Assembly: GCA_049694795.1 (NCBI GenBank)
Contig: JBAVRG010000452.1
Location: 1 to 46,535, forward strand
Direction: 5' to 3'
DNA from: Mycobacteriales bacterium
Lineage (GTDB): Bacteria; Actinomycetota; Actinomycetes; Mycobacteriales; SCTD01
DNA length: 46,535 nucleotides
Shown here: in pieces, positions 15,539-23,862 of the stretch
How positions within the stretch are numbered: position 1 is the first letter of the stretch
Layout: the number at the start of each line of letters is the position of its first letter
Translations under genes and position numbers: made by a program
The notes under the pieces: model-generated
Seen by the model: the letters and a program-made list of their open reading frames with translations, nothing else
What the model was told of the DNA's origin: nothing
Database searches by the model: none

Positions 15539-16681
15539 TCACATCTCCCGCACGCCGGGCGACAGGGGCTGTGAGGGCTCGGCCAGCCGGTAGCCGCGCT
15601 TGACCACCGTCTGCACGACCTTGCCCGCCGGGCCGAGAGCGGTGCGCAGCCGGGCGACCGTCATCTCGACGGCGTGCTCGTCGGCTGGTTCGTCACGCCA
15701 GGCCGTCCTGAGCAGCTCGGCCCGGGACAGCACCCGCCCCTTGCTCGACACCAGGGCGGACAGCACGCCGGACTGCCGGGCGGTGAGCTCCACGGGCCGG
15801 CCGTCCACCAGCACGCTGTGCCCCCGCAGCCGCAGCTCGTGCGGGCCTGCCTGCACCGCCCGGGTCCGCCGTACCGGCAGCTCCTCGACGACGGTGCGGA
15901 CCAGCGCTCCCAGCCGGGCGCGCTCGGGCTGCACCGTCGGCACACCCAGCTGCTCGAGCGGTGCCGCGGTGACCGGACCGACGCACGCTGCCAGGACGTC
16001 GCCGCGAAGGGCAGCGAGGAGGGCGTCCCGGCGGCCGTCCTCGGCTGCCACGGACAGCATGCTGGCGACCGCCGGTGCGGAGGTGAACGTCACGCAGTCG
16101 ACCTGGGTGGCCGCCACCTGCTCGACGAGGCGGCGCAGCGGACGGATGTCCTCGGCAGGCACCCACCGGTAGACCGGCACCTGCACGACGGTGGCACCCG
16201 CGCGCTCGAGCGCGGTGACGAAGCCCGGCAGCGGCTCGCCATGCAGCTGCACGGCCACCCGCCGGCCGACCACGCCCTCCGCGAGCAGCCGGGCGAGCAC
16301 CTCCTCCGACGACTCCGAGTCCGGCGACCAGGCCTCGGCCAGCCCGGCGGCGCGCACTGCGCCCTTCGCCTTGGGGCCGCGCACGAGCAGCTCGGCCCTG
16401 GCGAACTGGGCCCGCAGCGGCTCGCCGAGTCCCCAGCCGTCGGCCGCCTCCATCCAGCCGCGGAAGCCGATGCCGGTGGTGGCGACGACGACGTCGGGTG
16501 GCTCCGTGATGCAGGTCTCGGTCGCCGCCCGGAGCAGGTCGTCGTCGCCGGTCGGGATGATCCGGATCGCCGGCGCCTCCGTGACGCGCGCACCGCGGCG
16601 TTGCAGGAGCGCGCTGAGCTCCTCACGACGGCGGGCGGCGGTCACCGCGACGGTGAACCCGGCCAGGGGCAGCTCTTCCAC
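15539..16681 (-). CDS. Uroporphyrinogen-III synthase (HemD)-like domain fused to OmpR/PhoB-type winged-helix DNA-binding domain
   Basis: The N-terminal ~270 aa are HemD-like (LAGFTVAVTAARR.., two Rossmann-like halves). The C-terminal ~100 aa are trans_reg_C-like (LTARQSGVLSALV..VLSRAELL..DEHAVEMTVARLR..VVKRGYRL). There is no receiver domain. The GTG start at 16681 is my choice and is uncertain by a few codons. Confidence 0.8.
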   Translation of the reverse strand: MEELPLAGFTVAVTAARRREELSALLQRRGARVTEAPAIRIIPTGDDDLLRAATETCITEPPDVVVATTGIGFRGWMEAADGWGLGEPLRAQFARAELLVRGPKAKGAVRAAGLAEAWSPDSESSEEVLARLLAEGVVGRRVAVQLHGEPLPGFVTALERAGATVVQVPVYRWVPAEDIRPLRRLVEQVAATQVDCVTFTSAPAVASMLSVAAEDGRRDALLAALRGDVLAACVGPVTAAPLEQLGVPTVQPERARLGALVRTVVEELPVRRTRAVQAGPHELRLRGHSVLVDGRPVELTARQSGVLSALVSSKGRVLSRAELLRTAWRDEPADEHAVEMTVARLRTALGPAGKVVQTVVKRGYRLAEPSQPLSPGVREM

Positions 16682-16703
16682 GCCTCCACCGTGCCTGCCG
16701 CTC

Positions 16704-16812
16704 GTTACCTGGCTGTTTCCGCCGGGTGTCGGCCAGCACCGCACACCGTGAGCCCTGCGGCTTGAGCACCTCGTCACCTGCCTGACACACACGGGACACG
16801 GCTCTGAGACAC
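16704..16812. promoter_or_regulatory. Divergent nitrate-assimilation control region with phased GnnAC pentamer arrays
   Basis: Array 1 reads GnnAC on the minus strand: plus-strand GTTAC 16704, GTTTC 16715, GTGTC 16726, spaced exactly 11 bp. Array 2 reads GnnAC on the plus strand: GTCAC 16773, GACAC 16784, GACAC 16795, GACAC 16808. Confidence 0.5.
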
Positions 16813-16824
16813 CGGCCGCCCACG

Positions 16825-18867
16825 GTGGTCCCCATGCCCGTCCCGACGCACTGCCCCTACTGCGCACTGCAGTGCGGCATGACCCTGAGCCCGACAGGTG
16901 AGGTCGGCGCCGGAGCCGGGGGGCTGTGCCGCAAGGGGTGGACGTCGGCCGACCTGCTCGCCAGTCCCCAGCGGCTGACCACGCCGCTGGTGCGCGATCG
17001 CAAGGGCGGACCGCTGCGGACCGCGACGTGGGACGAGGCCCTCGACCGCGTCGTCGCCGGCATCCGTACGGCGCAGCAGGCCGGTCCGGACGGCGTCGCG
17101 GTCTTCGGTGGTGGCGGACTGACCAACGAGAAGGCCTACCTGCTGGGGAAGTTCGCCCGGGTCGTGCTGCGCACGAGCCAGATCGACTACAACGGCCGCT
17201 TCTGCATGAGCTCGGCTGCCGCCGCTGCCAACCGCGCCTTCGGGCTGGACCGGGGGCTGCCGTTCCCGCTGGAGGACCTGGGGGAGGCCGGCTGCGTGCT
17301 GCTGGTCGGCAGCAACCCGGCGGAGACGATGCCGCCGTTCGTGCAGCACCTCCAGCGGATGCGGGCGGCAGGGGGCTCGCTGGTCGTGGTCGACCCGCGG
17401 CGCACCCCGACGGCGGAGACGGCCTCGCTGCACCTGGCCCCCCAGCCGGGCACCGACCTCGCGCTGGCCAACGGGTTGCTGTTCGTGGCGCTCGACGAGG
17501 GGCTTGTCGACGAGGGCTACGTCGCGGCCCGCACCTCCGGCTTCGACGCCGTCCTCGCGACGGTCGCGGCCTGGTGGCCGGCTCGGGTCGAGCGGGTCAC
17601 GGGGGTCTCCGAGCCGGACCTGCGCCGCACGGTGCGGCTGCTCGCCGGCTCCCCGCGAGCGATGGTCCTCACGGCGCGCGGGGCCGAGCAGCACGCGCAC
17701 GGCGTCGACACGGCGACGGCGTGGCTGAACCTCGCGCTGGCTCTGGGTCTGCCGGGCACGCCCGGCGCCGGCTGGGGCACCCTGACCGGTCAGGGCAACG
17801 GCCAAGGCGGTCGTGAACACGGTCAGAAGGCCGACCAGCTGCCCGGCTACCGCCACATCAGCGACCCGGCCGCGCGGGCCCACGTCGCCGCCGTGTGGGG
17901 GGTCGCCCCCGAGGACCTTCCCGGCCCGGGTCGCAGCGCGTACGAGCTGCTGGACAGCCTCGGCGACGGTGGGGGACCGACGGCCCTGCTGCTGCTGGGC
18001 TCCAACCCGGTCGTCAGCGCCCCCAACGCCCGCCACGTCGCCCAGCGCCTTGCGTCCCTGGACACCCTGGTGGTGAGCGACCTGGTGCTGTCCGAGACCG
18101 CCGCCCTCGCGGACGTCGTGCTCCCCACGACCCAGTGGGCCGAGGAGAGCGGCACCACCACGAACCTCGAGGGACGTGTCCTGCTGCGGCGCAAGGCGCT
18201 CGACGCCCCGCTCGGGGTGCGCAGCGACCTGGAGCTGCTGCACGCGCTCAGCGCGCGGCTCGGCGTCACGACGGGCTTCCCCACGGACGCCCGGGAGGTG
18301 TTCGAGGAGCTGCGCCGCGCGTCCGCCGGTGGCGTCGCCGACTACGCCGGCATCAGCCACGAGCGCCTCGCCGCGGGGGAGCGCCTGCACTGGCCCTGCC
18401 CGTCCGAGGAGCACCCCGGCACACCGCGGCTGTTCCTCGACGGCTTCGCCACCCCGGACGGGCGGGCCCGCTTCGTCGCGGTCGACCAGCCCGAGGAGGT
18501 CGAGCCCGTCAGCGAGGCGTTCCCGCTCCGCCTGACGACAGGAAGGGTCGCCATGCAGTACCAGTCCGGGGCGCAGACCCGGCGCATCGACGCGCTGCCC
18601 GGTGACGCCTACGTCGAGCTGCACGAGGACCTGGCCCTCCGGCTCGGCATCGCCGACGGTGAGCGGGTCAAGGTGACGACGGTGCGGGGGAGCGCGTGGC
18701 TCGCCGCCCGGGTCACCGACGCGATCCGGCCCGACACCGTCTTCGTCCCGTTCCACTGGGCGGGCAAGAAGCGCGCCAACAGCCTCACCGCCTCCTGGCT
18801 CGACCCGGTGTCGAAGATGCCGGCGTTCAAGGCCTGCGCGGCGCGGGTCGAGCGGGTGCACGCATGA
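16825..18867 (+). CDS. nasA: Assimilatory nitrate reductase catalytic subunit (molybdopterin oxidoreductase, NasA/NasC/NarB type)
   Basis: 680 aa with N-terminal CPYCALQCG..C FeS motif, MGD-binding domains and a C-terminal MopB barrel. The start is GTG 16825 or ATG 16834. Confidence 0.92.
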   Translation: MVPMPVPTHCPYCALQCGMTLSPTGEVGAGAGGLCRKGWTSADLLASPQRLTTPLVRDRKGGPLRTATWDEALDRVVAGIRTAQQAGPDGVAVFGGGGLTNEKAYLLGKFARVVLRTSQIDYNGRFCMSSAAAAANRAFGLDRGLPFPLEDLGEAGCVLLVGSNPAETMPPFVQHLQRMRAAGGSLVVVDPRRTPTAETASLHLAPQPGTDLALANGLLFVALDEGLVDEGYVAARTSGFDAVLATVAAWWPARVERVTGVSEPDLRRTVRLLAGSPRAMVLTARGAEQHAHGVDTATAWLNLALALGLPGTPGAGWGTLTGQGNGQGGREHGQKADQLPGYRHISDPAARAHVAAVWGVAPEDLPGPGRSAYELLDSLGDGGGPTALLLLGSNPVVSAPNARHVAQRLASLDTLVVSDLVLSETAALADVVLPTTQWAEESGTTTNLEGRVLLRRKALDAPLGVRSDLELLHALSARLGVTTGFPTDAREVFEELRRASAGGVADYAGISHERLAAGERLHWPCPSEEHPGTPRLFLDGFATPDGRARFVAVDQPEEVEPVSEAFPLRLTTGRVAMQYQSGAQTRRIDALPGDAYVELHEDLALRLGIADGERVKVTTVRGSAWLAARVTDAIRPDTVFVPFHWAGKKRANSLTASWLDPVSKMPAFKACAARVERVHA

Positions 18868-20261
18868 CGCGACTGGTCGTCGTCGGGAACGGCATGGCGG
18901 GAGCCCGGCTCACCGAGGAGCTGCTGCGCCGCGACCCCGGTCTCGACGTCACCGTCTTCGGCGCCGAGCACCGCCCGGCCTACAACCGCGTCCTGCTGTC
19001 GGACGTCCTGGCCGGGAAGCGGCGCGAGACCGACGTGGTCCTGCGCTCTCTCGACGGCGCAGTGCGGCACCTGGGAGCGGAGGTGACGCGCATCGACCGG
19101 GCGGCCCGGACGGTGCACACCGCCGACGGCAGCGCGACCGGCTACGACGCCCTGGTCCTGGCCACCGGCAGCCTGCCGGTGGTCCCGCCGGTGCAGGGCA
19201 TCGCCGGTCCCGACGGAGCCCTGCTCGACGGCGTGTTCGTGTTCCGCACGCTCGAGGACTGCGCCGCCATCGCGGCCCGGGCCCGCCGCGCCACACGCGC
19301 CGTGGTCGTCGGCGGGGGTCTGCTGGGACTGGAGGCCGCCCGCGGGCTGCTGCAGCACGGCCTGCAGGTCGAGGTGGTGCACGGCATGGGCCACCTCATG
19401 GACGTGCAGCTCGACGCTCCCGGGGGTGCGGTGCTGCGCCGGTCGGTGGAGGCGCTGGGCGTCGGCGTGCACCTGGGGTCGTTCGCGTCCCGGGTCCTCG
19501 GCGAGAGGGCGGTCAGGGGAGTCGGGCTCGCGGACGGCCGCGAGGTGGAGGGGGACCTCGTGGTCCTGGCGTGCGGCGTCCGTCCGCACGTCGCCCTGGG
19601 ACGTCAGGCCGGGCTCCCGGTGGAGCGGGGCATCCTCGTCGACGACGAGCTCCGCACCGCCGACCCGCGGATCTTCGCCCTGGGGGAGTGCGCGCAGCAC
19701 CGCGGGGAGGTGTACGGCCTCGTCGCTCCGGCGTGGGAGCAGGCGGGGGTGATCGCCGACATCCTCACGGGCACCCCGGCCCGGTACGCCGGGAGCCGGC
19801 TGGTGACGCGCCTCAAGGCCATGGACCTCGAGGTCGCGGCGATGGGGGAGACCGGACCCGGGCTGGAGGACGTGGGCGACGGGCTGGAGGTCCTCGTCCT
19901 CGCCGACCCGGCCCGGCACGTCTACAAGAAGCTCGTCGTGCGCGACGGCGTGCTCGTCGGCGCCGTCCTGCTCGGCGACCTGGCGACGGCCGGTGCCGTC
20001 ACCCAGGCGTTCGACCGCGGCACGCCGCTGCCGGGGGACCGCACGGCGCTGCTGGTCGCGCCCCGCTCCGGTTCGGGCGTCCTCGAGGACACCGACACCG
20101 TCTGCACCTGCAACGCCGTCACCGCCGGTGAGCTGCGCCGCAGCGGCTGCAGCACCGTCGCCGAGGCGGCTCTCAAGACCCGCGCCACCACCGGCTGCGG
20201 CAGCTGCACCTCCGTCGTCACGACGCTGTTGACCCCCCGCGAGGAGAGGACTGTCGCATGA
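18864..20261 (+). CDS. NAD(P)H flavoprotein with BFD-like [2Fe-2S] domain (NirB N-terminal-like; probable electron-donor subunit, NasB-like)
   Basis: Start re-set to MTRLVVVGNGMAG via the ATGA overlap with nasA. It has FAD/NAD Rossmann motifs and a C-terminal CTCN..GCGSC BFD motif, but no sulfite/nitrite reductase haem domain. Product is 465 aa. Confidence 0.88.
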   Translation: MTRLVVVGNGMAGARLTEELLRRDPGLDVTVFGAEHRPAYNRVLLSDVLAGKRRETDVVLRSLDGAVRHLGAEVTRIDRAARTVHTADGSATGYDALVLATGSLPVVPPVQGIAGPDGALLDGVFVFRTLEDCAAIAARARRATRAVVVGGGLLGLEAARGLLQHGLQVEVVHGMGHLMDVQLDAPGGAVLRRSVEALGVGVHLGSFASRVLGERAVRGVGLADGREVEGDLVVLACGVRPHVALGRQAGLPVERGILVDDELRTADPRIFALGECAQHRGEVYGLVAPAWEQAGVIADILTGTPARYAGSRLVTRLKAMDLEVAAMGETGPGLEDVGDGLEVLVLADPARHVYKKLVVRDGVLVGAVLLGDLATAGAVTQAFDRGTPLPGDRTALLVAPRSGSGVLEDTDTVCTCNAVTAGELRRSGCSTVAEAALKTRATTGCGSCTSVVTTLLTPREERTVA

Positions 20262-22738
20262 GCCGCAAGACGCTGGTCGTGGTGGGGCACGGCATGGTGG
20301 GCCACCGGCTCGTCGAGGTCGCCCTGGAACGCGGGCTCACCGACGAGTGGGACGTGGTCGTCCACGCCGAGGAAAACGTGCCCGCCTACGACCGGGTGGC
20401 GCTGTCCACCTGGTTCGACGGAGCCGCTCTCGCCCTGCCGCCGCAGGCCCATGCCGCCGTCGACCTCCGGCTGGGCGACCCGGTCGTCGCTGTCGACACC
20501 GCCCAGAGGCTGGTCACCAGCGCCAGCGGGCTGGTGACGCCGTACGACGCCCTGGTCCTGGCCACCGGGTCGACGCCCTTCGTCCCGCCGGTGCCCGGCG
20601 CGGAGGGCCCTGGGCGGTTCGTCTACCGGACGTTGGACGACCTTGAGGGCATCAAGGCGGCGGCGGCCTCAGCGACCAGCGGGGCGGTCGTCGGCGGTGG
20701 GTTGCTCGGCCTGGAGGCCGCCAACGCGCTGCAGGCCCTGGGGCTGCAGACGACCGTCGTGGAGTTCGCGCCGCGCCTGATGCCGGTGCAGGTCGACGCG
20801 GGCGGTGGAGAGGCGCTGCGGCGACTGGTGGAGGGCCTCGGTGTCTCGGTGCGCACCGGGGCCTCGACGCAGCAGATCGCCGAGGTACCAGGCGGTCTGC
20901 GGATGACCTTCGCCGACGGCGAGGACCTCGAGGTCGACCTGGTGGTCTTCTCCGCCGGCATCCGGCCTCAGGACGGGCTCGCTCGGGACGCCGGCCTGCA
21001 GGTCCACGATCGGGGCGGGGTCCTCGTCGACAGCGGCTGCGCCACGAGCGCCCCCGACGTCTACGCGGTGGGCGAGTGCGCATCGGCAGCCGGCCGCTGC
21101 TGGGGTCTGGTCGCACCGGGCTATGCCATGGCGGAGGTCGTCGTCGACCGGCTGCTGGGCGGCAGCGGCAGCTTCGAGGGGGCCGACCTGTCGACGAAGC
21201 TCAAGTGCCTCGGCATCGACGTCGCCAGCTTCGGGGACGCCTTCGCCACCGAGCCGGGGGCGGTCGAGCTGGTCTGGGCCGACCCGATCGCCGGGGTCTA
21301 CAAGAAGCTCGTGGTCTCCGACGACGCCTCGCGGCTGCTCGGCGGGATCCTGGTCGGGGACGCGAGTGCCTATGCCTCGCTGCGCCCGCTGGTCGGGAGC
21401 GGGCTGCCGATGAACCCCGCCGAGCTCATCGCTCCTGCCGGTACCGGCACGCAGCTGGAGCTGCCCGACGACGCGCAGGTCTGCTCCTGCCACGCCGTGA
21501 CCAAGGCCGACATCTGCAGCGCCGCCCGGCAGACCCCGGACGTCGCGGCGGTGAAGGAGTGCACGAAGGCCGGCACCGGATGCGGATCGTGCTTGAACCT
21601 CGTGAAGTCCCTGGTGGGCAAGGAGATGGCCGCCCAGGGCATTGCGATGAGCAGCGCGCTGTGCGAGCACTTCCCCTTCAGCCGCTCGGAGATGTTCGAG
21701 GTCGTGCGGGTGAAGGGCATCCGCACCTGGTCGCAGCTGCTCGCGGAGCACGGGACGGGCAAGGGCTGCGACATCTGCAAGCCGACCGCTGCCTCGATCC
21801 TCGCGTCGCTGGGCGGCGGGTACGTGCTCGACGGCGAGCAGGGGTCGCTGCAGGACACCAACGACCACATGCTCGCCAACCTGCAGAAGGACGGCTCGTA
21901 CTCGGTGGTGCCGCGACTGCCGGGCGGCGAGGTCACGCCCGACCAGCTGCTGGCGATCGCGTCGGTGGCCAAGGACTTCGACCTCTACACGAAGATCACC
22001 GGGGGCCAGCGGATCGACCTGTTCGGCGCCCGGGTCGAGCAGCTCCCGCTGATCTGGCAGCGGCTGGTGGATGCCGGGCTGGAGAGCGGTCACGCCTACG
22101 GGAAGTCGCTGCGGACGGTGAAGTCGTGCGTCGGCCAGACCTGGTGCCGCTACGGGGTGCAGGACAGCACGTCGCTGGCGGTGCTGCTGGAGCTGCGCTA
22201 CCGAGGCCTGAGGGCGCCGCACAAGATCAAGCTCGCTGTCAGCGGCTGCGCCCGCGAGTGCGCCGAGGCGCGCAGCAAGGACGTCGGCGTCATCGCCACC
22301 GAGAACGGCTGGAACCTCTACGTGGGTGGCAACGGCGGCTTCACGCCCCGGCACGCCGACCTGTTCCTCACCGACGTCGACACCGACACGCTGGTCCGCA
22401 CCATCGACCGCTTCCTCATGCTCTACGTCTTCACCGCGGAGCGGCTTCAGCGCACCGCGCCGTGGGTGGAGGCCACCGGGCTCGAGCACATCCGGCAGGT
22501 GGTCGTCGACGACAGCCTCGGGCTGTGCGCGGACCTCGACGCGGCCATGGCCCGGCACGTCGAGACCTACAGCGACGAGTGGGCCGACACCCTCGCGGAC
22601 CCCGAGCGGCTGGCCCGCTTCGTGCACTTCGTCAACGCCCCGGACGTCCCGGACCCCTCGATCAGGCGGGTGCGCGAACGGGGTCAGACCCGGCCGGTGG
22701 ATCTCGCCGGCCCGACCCTGGAGGTGGTCCGCGCATGA
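20258..22738 (+). CDS. nirB: NAD(P)H-dependent nitrite reductase large subunit NirB
   Basis: 826 aa with flavoprotein module, BFD motif (CSCH..GCGSC) and sirohaem/4Fe-4S nitrite-sulfite reductase domain (..SGCARECAEA..). ATGA overlap upstream. Confidence 0.96.
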   Translation: MSRKTLVVVGHGMVGHRLVEVALERGLTDEWDVVVHAEENVPAYDRVALSTWFDGAALALPPQAHAAVDLRLGDPVVAVDTAQRLVTSASGLVTPYDALVLATGSTPFVPPVPGAEGPGRFVYRTLDDLEGIKAAAASATSGAVVGGGLLGLEAANALQALGLQTTVVEFAPRLMPVQVDAGGGEALRRLVEGLGVSVRTGASTQQIAEVPGGLRMTFADGEDLEVDLVVFSAGIRPQDGLARDAGLQVHDRGGVLVDSGCATSAPDVYAVGECASAAGRCWGLVAPGYAMAEVVVDRLLGGSGSFEGADLSTKLKCLGIDVASFGDAFATEPGAVELVWADPIAGVYKKLVVSDDASRLLGGILVGDASAYASLRPLVGSGLPMNPAELIAPAGTGTQLELPDDAQVCSCHAVTKADICSAARQTPDVAAVKECTKAGTGCGSCLNLVKSLVGKEMAAQGIAMSSALCEHFPFSRSEMFEVVRVKGIRTWSQLLAEHGTGKGCDICKPTAASILASLGGGYVLDGEQGSLQDTNDHMLANLQKDGSYSVVPRLPGGEVTPDQLLAIASVAKDFDLYTKITGGQRIDLFGARVEQLPLIWQRLVDAGLESGHAYGKSLRTVKSCVGQTWCRYGVQDSTSLAVLLELRYRGLRAPHKIKLAVSGCARECAEARSKDVGVIATENGWNLYVGGNGGFTPRHADLFLTDVDTDTLVRTIDRFLMLYVFTAERLQRTAPWVEATGLEHIRQVVVDDSLGLCADLDAAMARHVETYSDEWADTLADPERLARFVHFVNAPDVPDPSIRRVRERGQTRPVDLAGPTLEVVRA

Positions 22739-23079
22739 GCTGGCACCCCGTCTGCCCCTTCGTCCGCCTCCCGCTCGAGCGCGCGGTCTGCGTGCTGGTC
22801 GGAGGGGAGCAGGTCGCGCTCGTCCGCACCCGCGACGACAGCCTCTACGCCGTGGGCAACCTCGACCCGGTCAGCGGCGCGATGGTGATGTCGCGCGGCA
22901 TCGTGGGGTCGCGCGGGGAGCGGGACGTGCTCGCGAGTCCGATGCACAAGCAGGTCTACGACCTCGCGACCGGTGAGTGCCTGGACCGGCCCGGCGTGTG
23001 GCTCGACGTGCACGAGGTGCGGGTCGTCGACGGTGACGTCGAGATCGCGCTCGCCGAGGAGGTGCGCCGCCTCGCGTGA
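22735..23079 (+). CDS. nirD: Nitrite reductase small subunit NirD (Rieske-fold)
   Basis: 114 aa, MSWHPVCPF..VALVR..VYAVGNLDP.., with an ATGA overlap with nirB. Confidence 0.92.
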   Translation: MSWHPVCPFVRLPLERAVCVLVGGEQVALVRTRDDSLYAVGNLDPVSGAMVMSRGIVGSRGERDVLASPMHKQVYDLATGECLDRPGVWLDVHEVRVVDGDVEIALAEEVRRLA

Positions 23080-23092
23080 CACCATCGGGGCC

Positions 23093-23635
23093 GTGTACGA
23101 CGTCCTGGTCCTCGCCGGCGGCAGCGCCCGTCGGATGGGTGGCGTCGACAAGCCCGCCCTGACGGTGGGGGACCGGACGCTGCTGGACCGCGTGCTGGAC
23201 GCGGTGCCGGCCGAGGCCGGGGTCGTGGTGGTCGGGCCGGAGCGCCCGACCGCGCGGCCGGTGCGGTGGGTGCGGGAGGACCCGCCGGGCGCAGGCCCGG
23301 TGGCGGCGGTGCGGGCCGGGCTGCCGCTGGTCACCGCGGACCTCGTCGTGCTCCTGGCAGGGGACCTGCCGTTCCTGCGTCCGGACGTGCTGCAGCAGCT
23401 CGTCGACGCGGTGGTGAGCGACGGCGCCCTGCTCGTCGACGACACCGGGCGCGACCAGTACCTGTGCTCGGCCTGGCGCACCGGCGCGCTGCGCTCGGCC
23501 GACCTGGGAGCTGACCGGCTCGGCCGGCTGCTCGGGCCGTTGGACGCGGTGCGGCTGACCGCAGCGGGGTACCCGCCACCCTGGACGGACTGCGACACCG
23601 AGGACGACCTACGAGAGGCGAGGGCACGCGCATGA
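23093..23635 (+). CDS. mobA: Molybdenum cofactor guanylyltransferase MobA
   Basis: GTG start giving VYDVLVLAGGSARRMGG.DK, the MobA P-loop-like motif. Product is 180 aa. Confidence 0.85.
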   Translation: MYDVLVLAGGSARRMGGVDKPALTVGDRTLLDRVLDAVPAEAGVVVVGPERPTARPVRWVREDPPGAGPVAAVRAGLPLVTADLVVLLAGDLPFLRPDVLQQLVDAVVSDGALLVDDTGRDQYLCSAWRTGALRSADLGADRLGRLLGPLDAVRLTAAGYPPPWTDCDTEDDLREARARA

Positions 23636-23862
23636 GCACGCTGGACGACTGGATCGACGAGGCCTCGAAGGCACTCGGCCTGACGTCGCAGGTCGACGCC
23701 GCGCTCGTCCTCGACCTGGCGCGCGAGGTGGCCCACGGGGTGGCCCGGCCGGCGGCGCCGCTGACGGCCTACCTGCTGGGTCTCGCGGTCGCCGGCGGCG
23801 CCGACGCCGACACGGCAGCGGCGACCCTGACCGAGCTGGTCCGCGAGTGGCCGCCCGCGTGA
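23632..23862 (+). CDS. Small acidic protein of unknown function coupled between mobA and moeA
   Basis: 76 aa. ATGA overlap with the mobA stop and GTGA overlap with the moeA start. High GC3. Confidence 0.7.
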   Translation: MSTLDDWIDEASKALGLTSQVDAALVLDLAREVAHGVARPAAPLTAYLLGLAVAGGADADTAAATLTELVREWPPA

